A stretch of DNA of 64,000 bases, from the NCBI GenBank assembly GCA_965263355.1, contig CBDHHL010000032.1, positions 1,120,001 to 1,184,000 of the forward strand. Direction: 5' to 3'. A program made the position numbers and the translations under genes. Positions 1 to 10,275 of the stretch are shown here, piece after piece (positions within the stretch are counted from its first letter, which is position 1; the number at the start of each line of letters is the position of its first letter). This DNA is from Leptolyngbyaceae cyanobacterium (GTDB taxonomy: Bacteria; Cyanobacteriota; Cyanobacteriia; Phormidesmidales; Phormidesmidaceae). The notes beneath the pieces are model-generated. The model had not been told where the DNA came from. It was given only the letters and a program-made list of their open reading frames with translations, and did not search any database.

Positions 1-428
1 TTTGCTAAACAATAGAGGCTGAATATCTTTTTTGGGGCTATATAGTATGTGCCCATCTACTGCATCCCCATCCGATAGTTGTTGACGTATTCATAATCGT
101 CGCCCTATTTATTATGACTATTAGGTTTCACTATTTTTTTTCTTTAAGCTGAGTGAAGTATTTTTCCAACTTTGGAGCAAGGTTAATTGTTATAAACCAA
201 GGTGTCTATACTAAACATGGAAACGCTTTCAAGTTGAAGATTTATCGATATAAGAAAACTTGAAATTTTCAGTTTAGTGTAGATGGAACAACAGTATTTT
301 GAGTGGCCAAAGACTTGTCTCAGGTCATATGTGAGGGTGCAATTTCAATCTATGTTGTTCTATCTATAGTTGGCCTTTACTTGGCCTTTAAATTACTATT
401 CTCGTTTGTTTTGCAGGGTTACTCGATA

Positions 429-584
429 ATGAAATTTCCCCTCTGGCAATATCTTCAACAACCGGTCTTCAGTTCTCAACACAACACAATCTTCAGCCCA
501 TTCAGATTTTGGCAAAACTATAATATTCAGCATCTGGAGCGTTGTTGGGAAAAAGAATATCGGCAACCAGGAAAACTTAACTAA
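429..584 (+). CDS. small conserved-type cyanobacterial hypothetical protein (51 aa)
   Basis: The ATG at 429 gives MKFPLWQYLQQPVFSS...FRFWQNYNIQHLERCW. The FPxWQYLxQP...LERC pattern resembles a small cyanobacterial family. The upstream GTG extension (303) looks spurious. Confidence 0.5.
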   Translation: MKFPLWQYLQQPVFSSQHNTIFSPFRFWQNYNIQHLERCWEKEYRQPGKLN

Positions 585-1054
585 GCTCGTAGAGTTAAAG
601 TGCAGCTGATTGCTTCTGCTTTAGAAAAACTTGGGTTTTGATTATGACCAAAGTTTGGTTAAAGCCACTTGAGATAGTCCATGACAATATGGTTTGATTG
701 AGAAAATATAAAAGTTTATCAATTGATTTCTAATATCAAGTTGGGCTAGACACCCATAATTACCCAATAAGTAGTATCTCTGTCATCATACCCAGGTTAC
801 CAATTTAGAAGGTAAGGCCTTTGAGTTAGGTCTTGCTGTTGTTGAGCAACTGTTGATGCCGTTAGAACACCAACTCTTCTAACTGTTCAATCGTGTTAGA
901 GGCTATCGGCTAGGATTTCACTATCAATGTTCAGAGTCATTCTGCTGGCTGTAATTCAGTTGAGTAAGGGGACATTGGAACCAAATAAAAACGGCATCTA
1001 CTAGTTTCTCAGCAGACGCTGTTGTCGTTAGAATTTTGGAATATGATGACAGCT

Positions 1055-3589
1055 TTAATTGGTCTGACTGATATAGGTTGAAATTGCTATGCGAGCTTCT
1101 TGCCAATCGGCTAATGCCTGCTCAGACCAAAGCCAATGGAATGATAAATCATCGGATATATCTTCGTTATTAACGGCTTGCAGAGCATCTTGCCAATAAC
1201 TAACCGCCGTCTCTAACAATGACAACCTATCATCCTCAGTCAGGCCTTGTTTAGATTGTTGATGGTAGGCCATAACTAAACCAAGTTGAGCATGCAACTT
1301 AGTTGGTGCATTTTGAATAACAGCATTCTGGGGAATTTCATGCAGTGTCAAAATTGGAATATCGTACGCTTTCCCCTTGTCAAGCGCATTTTTCCAAGTG
1401 TCAATGGCCTCATCCCAAAAACCACCTTCGTAGTAAGCAAAGCCCAAAGCAACCTGGGCATCTAGCCAGTTAGGCTGCACGTCTAAGGCATCTTGCCACG
1501 ACCTGGCTGCCTCAGCAGGACCGATATACTCTTCCGCTGGCTGCTGGTTCATTAAATCCCACTGTAGCTGCCCCTTTGCAAACAGGAGGGTAGGATCATC
1601 AATGCCGCCCAGGGTCAAAATTTGCGTGAGGGCTTCATTTTGATTACCAGCCGCAGCCATACTATTAAGCGCTATCACAGCACTTGTAGGGTTCCCACTA
1701 GAAATACCGCTGATTTCAACCAGTTCTGGCGAAATCTCGATGGTAACAGGATTGGAACGAGGGGACTGATTAAATCGACCCAACAGATCCTTAATCCCTA
1801 AACCGGCAAATAATACCAGGGTCAAAGCACCAGCTCCTATAGCTACTTGTTGGGTGAGCCAACCTTTGTTTTTAGTCTTTCTGTCTACTGGCTGAGCATT
1901 AGTATCTTCAGTATTAATATTATTCCTATCAGTGTAGATATCTGTTTCGTCTTCAACCGTCTCTCTATTAGTTGTTTCAGTAGATGGTGGCTCAATGGGC
2001 TTTTTAGGTAGCTGATCGTACAAGTCTAAACCAGGAGTTTCCAAAGTCTCAGGAATTAGAGACTCATCGACATCCGCCAGCATTACCTGATCGGATGCAG
2101 ACGGTTGCGACAATTGCTCCACCAGCTCTGTCATAGACGAAGCATCTTCCTCGTTATAGCTAAGGAGTTCGTCTAAGTCTAACGTTTCAACAACGTTGTC
2201 TAGATCTACATTTTCTAAATTTATGTCTGTATCTGCCTCTGCCTCTGCCTTTAGCCCCGATGGCACCTGCTCCTCTTCAGTAACCTTGGTTGATGATTCG
2301 CCTAAGGATGCCAGAGCAGATTCAGACTCGACCAATAGCTTGTCAAGGGCACTGTTGTAGGTTCCAGGTTTACTAGCCAAATAACCGTCGAAACCAGGCT
2401 GCATATATAAAATAGGTAACGCCCAGTAACTATGGTGAGAACCATGGGCCGAGATTAGCCCCTGACGGGTACGATTGAGACACAGATCAATGGGATTACC
2501 CTGCTTTAAGTTGCGATATAGAAGCTGGGTAAAGGTAATAGCCACATCATCGGGAATCCGTTCAGCCATGGCAATTACCCCTGGTATACCACGGTTAACC
2601 AAGGCGTGGGCTAAATTTTGCTCATGCCAACCCGCTTCGGAAACTGTATTTTGGGCATACGCGCCCCGACAAGAATTTAAGACAGCTAGCTTCACACCGT
2701 TGTTCGACAGGAGCCCAGCTAAGTCCTCGCCACTAATGCGTTCGGTCAAGCCTGTCTGACGGCTAACTAGGTATAGATCGCCACCCGCATTACCCAAGTT
2801 ACTATGGCCCGCGTAGTGCAAAACCTGATAATTACCCTGCTCCAGCGCCTGGGTTAATTCAGCTCGACCTGGCTGCTCTAAAACCGTTAGCTGAACATCA
2901 AGCTGCTGCTTGGGAAGGATGTCATAATTATCTCCAGACCGCATCGCCGATAGGGGATGTAGCTCATTTTTGAGATGCTTGGCCTCACGGGCAAGCTCCA
3001 GGCGATCTTGATCGTTAGGTGCTGCAATCACCATTAAAACTCGTAGGGGCTGATCAAAGTCAGGTACTGTCGCCACGGGACGATCGTATCCCTGACGCAG
3101 GTCCAGATGGTAGCGAGAGAAGGTGACATCGGTGCCAGTTCCCAGGGGACGATCACCTGCATGCAAAACTTCCCAAGGAAGCTTCTGCAGTTTTCCTCCC
3201 TTAAGCCCCAAACGCAGACGCAACGGAGAGCGACGATTTTGGGCTACCCCCTGAGCCGTCAACCAGCTGTCGCGTAAGGCCCTATCAAATAAACTATTGT
3301 AAAAAGTCTGACCAAGGTTTACTAAGGTGGGAAGCGGAGCGTCTGAAGGGTCACCGTTGCTACCACCCGAGCGAAAATTTGACCTTGATGCCCAACGCTG
3401 ACTCGGTTCCCCCTTAAGCAGTCCAAGCAAAGGATCATGCATGAGCATGGAGGCCTCCCTCAGCCAGTCATCTATAGGCCAGTGAAATTGTTCTTGCGCC
3501 AAGGGGACACCGGGCGCAACTTGTTCCGTGCGCACCAGGTATCGGTCATTGCCGACTGCTGTGATTGATATGTCAAATTCTTGGAGCAC
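1055..3589 (-). CDS. hetF: HetF-like CHAT-domain (caspase-like) protease with acidic linker, TM helix and C-terminal TPR
   Basis: N-terminus QEFDISITAVGNDRYLVRTEQVAPGVPLA. CHAT motifs LPWE, HYAGHS (catalytic His), VLNSC (catalytic Cys) and YWALPILY. TM segment VAIGAGALTLVLFAGL, followed by TPR-like helices. Confidence 0.75.
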   Translation of the reverse strand: MLQEFDISITAVGNDRYLVRTEQVAPGVPLAQEQFHWPIDDWLREASMLMHDPLLGLLKGEPSQRWASRSNFRSGGSNGDPSDAPLPTLVNLGQTFYNSLFDRALRDSWLTAQGVAQNRRSPLRLRLGLKGGKLQKLPWEVLHAGDRPLGTGTDVTFSRYHLDLRQGYDRPVATVPDFDQPLRVLMVIAAPNDQDRLELAREAKHLKNELHPLSAMRSGDNYDILPKQQLDVQLTVLEQPGRAELTQALEQGNYQVLHYAGHSNLGNAGGDLYLVSRQTGLTERISGEDLAGLLSNNGVKLAVLNSCRGAYAQNTVSEAGWHEQNLAHALVNRGIPGVIAMAERIPDDVAITFTQLLYRNLKQGNPIDLCLNRTRQGLISAHGSHHSYWALPILYMQPGFDGYLASKPGTYNSALDKLLVESESALASLGESSTKVTEEEQVPSGLKAEAEADTDINLENVDLDNVVETLDLDELLSYNEEDASSMTELVEQLSQPSASDQVMLADVDESLIPETLETPGLDLYDQLPKKPIEPPSTETTNRETVEDETDIYTDRNNINTEDTNAQPVDRKTKNKGWLTQQVAIGAGALTLVLFAGLGIKDLLGRFNQSPRSNPVTIEISPELVEISGISSGNPTSAVIALNSMAAAGNQNEALTQILTLGGIDDPTLLFAKGQLQWDLMNQQPAEEYIGPAEAARSWQDALDVQPNWLDAQVALGFAYYEGGFWDEAIDTWKNALDKGKAYDIPILTLHEIPQNAVIQNAPTKLHAQLGLVMAYHQQSKQGLTEDDRLSLLETAVSYWQDALQAVNNEDISDDLSFHWLWSEQALADWQEARIAISTYISQTN

Positions 3590-3849
3590 TATTAGCAGAT
3601 CGCTTCCCTGTTATCTTCTTTTTCACCATTTGACATCCCTGAGCCTACTCGGCTTTTCTAGTATCCCCAATAAACCAGCATAATGTGTCGAAGTAGATAC
3701 GATTATCAAGCAGATGCAGTTATTAGATTGTCTACATAGTACGTTTGCAAATAGCTAATTGAGGCAATCTAAGCTAGCTGCAAACTTTAGTCACCATATA
3801 TATGAAGTTCTAGACATGCTATTAAATTATTCAGTACTCTATAGGGTAG

Positions 3850-5691
3850 CTATTCCGATGTAGTATTGACAACCATAGCAGCTCCACCACCTCGTCTGAT
3901 TGGCTCAGCCGATGCTCGGATTGCCCCATTAGGCCATAATTCTAGCCCCGTAGCTGCCCCAATTTCCTCTACTACCCGTAACTGATGTCCTAACTGGCTA
4001 AGCATGTCCAAGTCATCAGCCCCACCTCGCTCAACAGTTGTAGTACGTCTATTACGTTGGGAAAACCGAGAACTACTAATTGCCTCAGGCAGGGAAAAAT
4101 CAAAATCAATTACATTAGTAACGATGCCAACGACGGTGGTGATGATGGTCGAACCGCCAGGACTACCAACGGCAAAGATACGGCCATCAGGAGCAAATAC
4201 GATAGTCGGTGACATGCTGCTGCGGGGCCGTTTGCCCGATTCTGGTGCATTGGGATGGGGTATAGCGGTGTCAAAATCCGTGAGTTCATTATTGAGGATA
4301 AAGCCGTATCCAGGGACAACAATGCCCGAACCACCAGTTGACTCAATGGTTAGGGTATAGGAAACGATGTTGCCAAAGCGATCGGCAGTGACTAAATGGG
4401 TGGTGGACAAACCATCTGGGCCATTGGCTGCAGATGTACTTGGTGATTGGGTCAGACTAGGGCTTGGATCGGTTTGATACAGGAGTGGATTACCAGGAGT
4501 TGTACAAGGTTCAGACGCCCTGGTTGGAAGCTGGTGACTGGCAATGTAGCTGGGGTTGAGCAATCCTGTTAAGGGCACATCCACGTATTCAGGGTCGCCT
4601 AGGTAGGCATTGCGATCGCAAAACGCTAATCTCTCTGCCTCAATCACCCGATGCAGTGCTTCACTGCGATCCAAACTACCCAGGTCACTAGACTCTAGTA
4701 AAGCCAGCGTTTGCGCCACCGTAATCCCACCGCTGCTGGGCAACCCCATGCCGTAAAAGCGGTAGCCGCGATAGTCACTGACTACCGGCGGGCGTACCCG
4801 CACCTCATAACGGTCCAAATCCCCCAGAGTCATTGCCCCAGGATGTACCGTAAATGGGGGGTCATCTACGATAGGTGGAGACTGTACCGTATCGACAATC
4901 GCCTGGGCAATATCACCCCGATAAAAACTATTAACGCCCTTGCTGGCAAGCAAACGATAGGTTTTGGCCATATCCAGGTTCTTAAACCTTGATCCTACGG
5001 CTGGCGGCACACCACCATCTAAATACAGTTGTTGTGTTGAGGTAAATGCAGCAAATCGTGCCTGGTTGCGGGTCACCTGCTGAGCAAATGTGTCATCTAC
5101 GATAAACCCGGCTTCAGCCAACTCAATTGCCGGGGCCAATGCATCTGCTAGGGATAGGGTGCCGTAACGAGACAGTGCCGTTTGCCAGTTCAATGGCGTT
5201 CCAGGCACACCAACTGACAAGCCGCTGCTAATGCGATTAGGAAAAAACGGTAAATTTTCTCCTGCCGGGTTTTCTGGATCACGAAATAGATCAGGGGTTA
5301 CGGCTTCAGGAGCCTTCTCACGGCCATCCAGGGTAATAACGCGGTCCTGGTTGTGCAGATAAATCACCATAAACCCACCACCGCCAATACCTGCAGAAAA
5401 GGGTTCTGTTACTCCCAGGGCAGCAGCCGTAGCAACAGCGGCATCCACCGCATTACCCCCCTGGCGTAACACTTCTATCCCAATGCGGCTGGCATCTTCA
5501 TCCACCGAAGCCACCGCACCACCGGAGCCAATGGCAACAGGGACCTTACCTTCGGATAGCTGGGCCAAACTGGAAAAGGCAAAAACCAGCACCAGGCAAA
5601 CGGTACAACACCATAACCACAAAATATTCGTAGGGGCGTTGCATGCAACGCCCCTACGAATATTTATACGATTAGATATGGTTTCCCACAT
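3850..5691 (-). CDS. ggt: gamma-glutamyltransferase
   Basis: Motifs GGNAVDAAVA, GIGGGGF, DGREKAP, GVPG, the autoproteolytic STTHL, LNNELTDF, KRPRSSMSP and GSPGGS. The start is uncertain because the N-terminus spans a palindrome. Confidence 0.93.
   Translation of the reverse strand: MWETISNRINIRRGVACNAPTNILWLWCCTVCLVLVFAFSSLAQLSEGKVPVAIGSGGAVASVDEDASRIGIEVLRQGGNAVDAAVATAAALGVTEPFSAGIGGGGFMVIYLHNQDRVITLDGREKAPEAVTPDLFRDPENPAGENLPFFPNRISSGLSVGVPGTPLNWQTALSRYGTLSLADALAPAIELAEAGFIVDDTFAQQVTRNQARFAAFTSTQQLYLDGGVPPAVGSRFKNLDMAKTYRLLASKGVNSFYRGDIAQAIVDTVQSPPIVDDPPFTVHPGAMTLGDLDRYEVRVRPPVVSDYRGYRFYGMGLPSSGGITVAQTLALLESSDLGSLDRSEALHRVIEAERLAFCDRNAYLGDPEYVDVPLTGLLNPSYIASHQLPTRASEPCTTPGNPLLYQTDPSPSLTQSPSTSAANGPDGLSTTHLVTADRFGNIVSYTLTIESTGGSGIVVPGYGFILNNELTDFDTAIPHPNAPESGKRPRSSMSPTIVFAPDGRIFAVGSPGGSTIITTVVGIVTNVIDFDFSLPEAISSSRFSQRNRRTTTVERGGADDLDMLSQLGHQLRVVEEIGAATGLELWPNGAIRASAEPIRRGGGAAMVVNTTSE
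5622..5665. repeat. perfect 44-bp palindrome, GTAGGGGC REP-like element
   Basis: AAATATTCGTAGGGGCGTTGCA|TGCAACGCCCCTACGAATATTT. A related copy lies at 14708-14731. Confidence 0.85.
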
Positions 5692-5696
5692 TCAAC

Positions 5697-7781
5697 CTAG
5701 GTCAAACCTGACAACAGCACCAATCCCAACACGGCCCCAAACACGATCAGGGCATAGAATTGGGCACGACCGGTTTCCAGATATTTCAACCCTTCACCCG
5801 TAATCAGGGTCAAGAAGCCAGTCAGGTTAACGACACCGTCCACCAATTTGATATCCATGGTGAGGGCAGCTTTGGCTAACTTACGGCTGCCTTGGACGAA
5901 GACAACTTCGTAGATGTCATCGACATACCACTTATTTAGGGAGAAGTTATAGAGGGGCTTGATTTTGTTTGCGATCGCATCCGCATCAATAGTCTTTGTC
6001 ACATACATCAGTACTGCCAGGGTAATCCCAACAATCGAGATCGCCACAGAACTACCTGCCATGACATAAAACTCATGCAGATCAACCTCTTCAGCCAGCT
6101 CAGCTACAGTAACCACTTCACCAGGAGCCGAAATAAATGCCTCAAAATAGTTACCAAAGGGTGTCCCCAATAAACCAATCAGGATAGAAGGTACCGCCAG
6201 CGCTAGCAGTGGCAACGTCATAGTGATGGGCGACTCATGGGGTTCAGACGCATGGTGATGATCGTCATGGTGATGGTCGTCGTCTGCTGCAGCCATAGGC
6301 ATTTCATGGGTACTCATGGCACCGGGGCCCACAGACGCTCCCATCCGCTGAAGCTGTTCAATCCGAAGCATTTCCTTAATATCACCGTCAGTACCGCGAA
6401 ACGCTCCTTCAAATGTAGAGAAGTACATACGGAACATATAAAATGCGGTAACACCAGCCGTTATCCAACCAATACCCCAAAGAAAAGGGCTGACCTGGAA
6501 TGTGGACCCCAGAATTTCATCCTTGGACCAGAAACCAGCAAAGGGAGGAATACCAGAAATCGCCAGGGTCCCAATCAAGAAAGTAATCGCCGTGACTGGC
6601 ATATACTTTCGTAAACCGCCCATCAAACGCATATCCTGAGCATAGGTAGGATTATGACCCACGACATCTTCCATGCCATGAATGACGGAACCAGACCCCA
6701 AGAACAGCATGGCCTTAAAGTAGGCATGGGTCATCAGGTGGAATAGACCGGCACTATAAGCCCCCACACCCATAGCCATTACCATGTACCCCAGCTGGGA
6801 CATAGTGGAATAGGCCAACCCCTTTTTAATGTCGTTCTGGGTAATGGCAATTGAAGCCCCCATCATGGCAGTGAAAGCACCGACATACGCAATGGTTGTC
6901 ATTGCGATGGGGATTTCCTCAAACACTGGATACATACGACCAATTAGAAATACCCCAGCCGCAACCATTGTTGCTGCGTGGATCAGGGCAGAAATAGGTG
7001 TCGGACCTTCCATGGCATCCGGCAACCAAACATGCAAAGGAAACTGAGCTGACTTAGCCATCGGTCCCATAAAGATCAGCACTGCAAACAATGCTGCAAT
7101 GCCCCCGGACAGACTGCCAACCTCAACCATATGGGTCAAACGCTCACCCATGATGTCAAAATCAAAGCTGCCAGTGGCCCAAAAGATGCCCAGCATCCCC
7201 AGCAACAGGCCAAAGTCACCAACACGGTTGGTGACAAATGCCTTCTGACAGGCATCTGCAGCCGGTTTACGGTTGTACCAAAAACCGATGAGTAGGTAAG
7301 AACACATACCCACCAGCTCCCAAAACACATACACCTGTAGCAAATTAGGACTGAGCACCAGCCCCAACATTGAGAAGCTAAATAAGCTCAGATATGCATA
7401 AAACCTGACATAGCCTGGATCGTGAGCCATGTAACCATCGGTGTATACCATCACCAAAAAGGCCACTGTGGTCACAATCACTAGCATCAGCGAAGCTAGA
7501 TGGTCGATGGTGTAACCCATCTGCAGCTTAAAGCTACCTGCCGAAGCCCACTCAAACATAAATGAGTAGGGTTCATGACCATTCCACTGGCTCCAGAAGA
7601 TGCCAAAGGACATCACCATCGCCATCCCAAGCAGGCTGACGATAAAGACTGAACTAGGCGTACGCAGCTTGCTTGTAGCGTTGCTGTAGCTGATCAGGCC
7701 CACACCGACAACCGCCGCACCGAGGAGTGGCAGTACTGGGATGAGCCATGCGTAAGAATAGAGAGATTCCAAGGATTCCAT
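5697..7781 (-). CDS. ndhF1: NAD(P)H-quinone oxidoreductase subunit 5 (NdhF1)
   Basis: Motifs YAWLIPVLPL, FWELVGMCSYLLIGFW, KSAQFPLHVWLPDAMEGPTPISALIHAATMV, a His-rich loop before EPHESP, and GRAQFYAL. ATG at 7781 chosen. Confidence 0.96.
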   Translation of the reverse strand: MESLESLYSYAWLIPVLPLLGAAVVGVGLISYSNATSKLRTPSSVFIVSLLGMAMVMSFGIFWSQWNGHEPYSFMFEWASAGSFKLQMGYTIDHLASLMLVIVTTVAFLVMVYTDGYMAHDPGYVRFYAYLSLFSFSMLGLVLSPNLLQVYVFWELVGMCSYLLIGFWYNRKPAADACQKAFVTNRVGDFGLLLGMLGIFWATGSFDFDIMGERLTHMVEVGSLSGGIAALFAVLIFMGPMAKSAQFPLHVWLPDAMEGPTPISALIHAATMVAAGVFLIGRMYPVFEEIPIAMTTIAYVGAFTAMMGASIAITQNDIKKGLAYSTMSQLGYMVMAMGVGAYSAGLFHLMTHAYFKAMLFLGSGSVIHGMEDVVGHNPTYAQDMRLMGGLRKYMPVTAITFLIGTLAISGIPPFAGFWSKDEILGSTFQVSPFLWGIGWITAGVTAFYMFRMYFSTFEGAFRGTDGDIKEMLRIEQLQRMGASVGPGAMSTHEMPMAAADDDHHHDDHHHASEPHESPITMTLPLLALAVPSILIGLLGTPFGNYFEAFISAPGEVVTVAELAEEVDLHEFYVMAGSSVAISIVGITLAVLMYVTKTIDADAIANKIKPLYNFSLNKWYVDDIYEVVFVQGSRKLAKAALTMDIKLVDGVVNLTGFLTLITGEGLKYLETGRAQFYALIVFGAVLGLVLLSGLT

Positions 7782-8078
7782 AAGTTTTTTTGGTGCCTGC
7801 CCCACACGCTAGAGTTGGCAAAACCGCCTACATTCTTACACATGAGAGCTGGACTATTGTCCAACTTCTGACAGACCTTCCTTTCAGAACGTTGATTTTT
7901 CCTTGAGCAATTACTTACTTAAATTGGTACAACGCAAGTAAACTCAAGGGCTTCTGTTTTAGACAATTGAAACCAGGCAGCGATCCTGATAAAAAGGTTA
8001 TTTTTTACGACATGGCCTGACTGTTTAGGTTTCTTGATGTTGGATCAATAAGTTAACAATAAGCATTGATAAAGCCCA

Positions 8079-10112
8079 ATGAATAATCGGCAACGCGGAG
8101 GGTGGGTACAGTCCACCGGGCAATGGGCAATGGGCAATGGGCAATGGAATGGGTGGGCATGGCCCATCGAGCAAAAGACAGTTAATTTTGTAGAGTGGAT
8201 ATGGTCCACCAATCCCTGGGCCATAAGATTGACGGGCATTGTATTGATTATTGCCCTATTGCTTGGGTATATCCTGCCATTACCTGCAACAGCCCAAAAC
8301 CAAGCCGAAAAAGCCAACGTTGTCATTGATGGTCGGGTGCTTTTCCGGCTTGGCAGCATTGAAAATATTAGTGCCGAGGAACGGGCGACGTTCGCCAGCC
8401 AGGCTCTATGGCAGGTACTGGAAAATGCTCAAGCTCAATCACCCCCCTCACCAATTCGCGTACGCACCAAACAGCAAGATGGTCTGGTGACGCTGAGGGC
8501 CAACAGTCGTCACTTACTAACGGTAACCAGTGGTGATTTGATGGCGGGGGTCCCTCCCCAGGAGCGGGCTGACCTGTGGGCAGACAATCTGCAAAGGGCA
8601 TTAGAACAAGCTCAGAAAGAACGCCAACCGGGCTATCAACGAAAAATGGCCTGGGTAAGCTTAGGGGTGGTGGCGATCGCACTCCTTCTCTGGAGCCTGC
8701 TTTACAATGTGCGCCGCTGGCTTTGGCGACGGCAAACCCGTAAGGGCCAGCTGCCCATGTGGATTTTGCCCTCGTTGTTTTGCGCCCAAGTGTTGATATG
8801 GCTAGGGGCGGCTATCTATATATGTGAGCTATTTCCCATTGCCCGCACCATACGTTACCGGGTGTTTCAATATTTCACCAGCCCTCTAGTTGATATTGAT
8901 GGTCAGGGCTATTCTCTGGTGGATGGGTTTCGAGTGGCGCTGCTTACCCTGGCCCTATGGATTGGGGTGCGGCTGGTGACGTCTGCGGTAAAGTCGAAGT
9001 TTTTGCAGGCAGCGATACCAGATCGAGGGGTACAGGATGCGATCGCTACACTGATACAGCTTCTGCTCACAGGTATTGGCTTGTTCCTAATTTTACAGGT
9101 GTTGGGCATTGACCTCAGTGCTCTGGCAATTCTGGCCAGTGTGCTGGGTGTGGGGTTGGGGTTTGGTCTGCAGAATATTGCTAATAATGTAGTCAGCGGT
9201 TGGATGATGCTGTTTGAGCGGTCGATTCAGGTGGGGGATTTTATTAACTTGGGAGACCTGGCGGGGACGGTGGAAAGTATTGGTGTACGTAGTACCGAGA
9301 TACGGACATTGGATCGGGTGTCGATTATTGTGCCAAATGCCCAGCTCTTGGAGAACAAGGTAATCAATTGGAGCCATGGGCATCCGGTATCTCAATTGCA
9401 TTTGCCCATGGGGGTGGCCTATAGCTCAGATATTCGTCAGGTGCATACAGCGGTGATGGAGGTAGCCAGTGCGCACCCAAGCGTATTGCAATATCCACAA
9501 CCCCGGCTGCGATTTCTCGGCTTTGGCGATAGCTCCCTCGATTTTGATGTGTTGGTGTGGATTCGTGACCCGAGGTTGCAATTTGATATTAAAAGCGACC
9601 TGTACTACATGCTGGAAGCAAATTTTCGTCGCTACGACATCGAGATTCCGTTTCCGCAGCGAGATTTGAATATTCGATCACCTCAGTGGGATACGTCTAC
9701 TTGGGCACAACAGGTATCGACAGTTGGCTCACCAGCTGTCTTGGAGAAATTAGAACAACAATCTCAAGGGTTGACAAGTCATGATTTGTTAGCCGATGTG
9801 AGAGATTATTCGAGTTTGTTACAAAATCATCAGCGTTTACAGGATGCATTGTTAGAACAATTGGTGAAACAAATGCGATCGCAAGATGGCTTAGACATCC
9901 AAAACCGACGGTTTCGGTTGACGGTATATCCCAATTGTTTTGTTGGCAGTGATGCGGTTACCTGGTTGGCAAAAACGCAGAATGCCACCCGAGAAGCCGC
10001 CGTCAGAATCGGTCAGGCGTTGGTGGAACAGGGAATTTTTCATCACGTCACCGACGAACATCCATTTAAAGATGAATATTTGTTTTACCGGTTTTACGAA
10101 GACGAGCCATAG
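8079..10112 (+). CDS. MscS-family mechanosensitive channel with C-terminal DEP domain
   Basis: MscS motifs GVGLGFGLQNIANNVVSG, IIVPN, GFGDSSLDF and IEIPFPQRDL. The C-terminal NRRFRLTVYPNCFVGSDAVTWL...FKDEYLFYRF matches a DEP domain. Start uncertain. Confidence 0.9.
   Translation: MNNRQRGGWVQSTGQWAMGNGQWNGWAWPIEQKTVNFVEWIWSTNPWAIRLTGIVLIIALLLGYILPLPATAQNQAEKANVVIDGRVLFRLGSIENISAEERATFASQALWQVLENAQAQSPPSPIRVRTKQQDGLVTLRANSRHLLTVTSGDLMAGVPPQERADLWADNLQRALEQAQKERQPGYQRKMAWVSLGVVAIALLLWSLLYNVRRWLWRRQTRKGQLPMWILPSLFCAQVLIWLGAAIYICELFPIARTIRYRVFQYFTSPLVDIDGQGYSLVDGFRVALLTLALWIGVRLVTSAVKSKFLQAAIPDRGVQDAIATLIQLLLTGIGLFLILQVLGIDLSALAILASVLGVGLGFGLQNIANNVVSGWMMLFERSIQVGDFINLGDLAGTVESIGVRSTEIRTLDRVSIIVPNAQLLENKVINWSHGHPVSQLHLPMGVAYSSDIRQVHTAVMEVASAHPSVLQYPQPRLRFLGFGDSSLDFDVLVWIRDPRLQFDIKSDLYYMLEANFRRYDIEIPFPQRDLNIRSPQWDTSTWAQQVSTVGSPAVLEKLEQQSQGLTSHDLLADVRDYSSLLQNHQRLQDALLEQLVKQMRSQDGLDIQNRRFRLTVYPNCFVGSDAVTWLAKTQNATREAAVRIGQALVEQGIFHHVTDEHPFKDEYLFYRFYEDEP
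8118..8145 (+). repeat. STRR-like heptamer tandem repeat (GGGCAAT)x4
   Basis: gggcaat x4, preceded by the REP-like gggtgggtacagtccacc. Confidence 0.8.
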
Positions 10113-10275
10113 CCAAAAACTGGTTTGTACCGGGATGATGTTTACGATGATCTGTGGACTCGCACTTCTCTTGGGGAGGATATTTAAACGCACATCTCTT
10201 AGCTAATAATGTCTCTGACAAATATTTGGCCAAGCAGCTAGTGCCCCAATTCCAAAGTTTCGGTTATCTTGGGTC

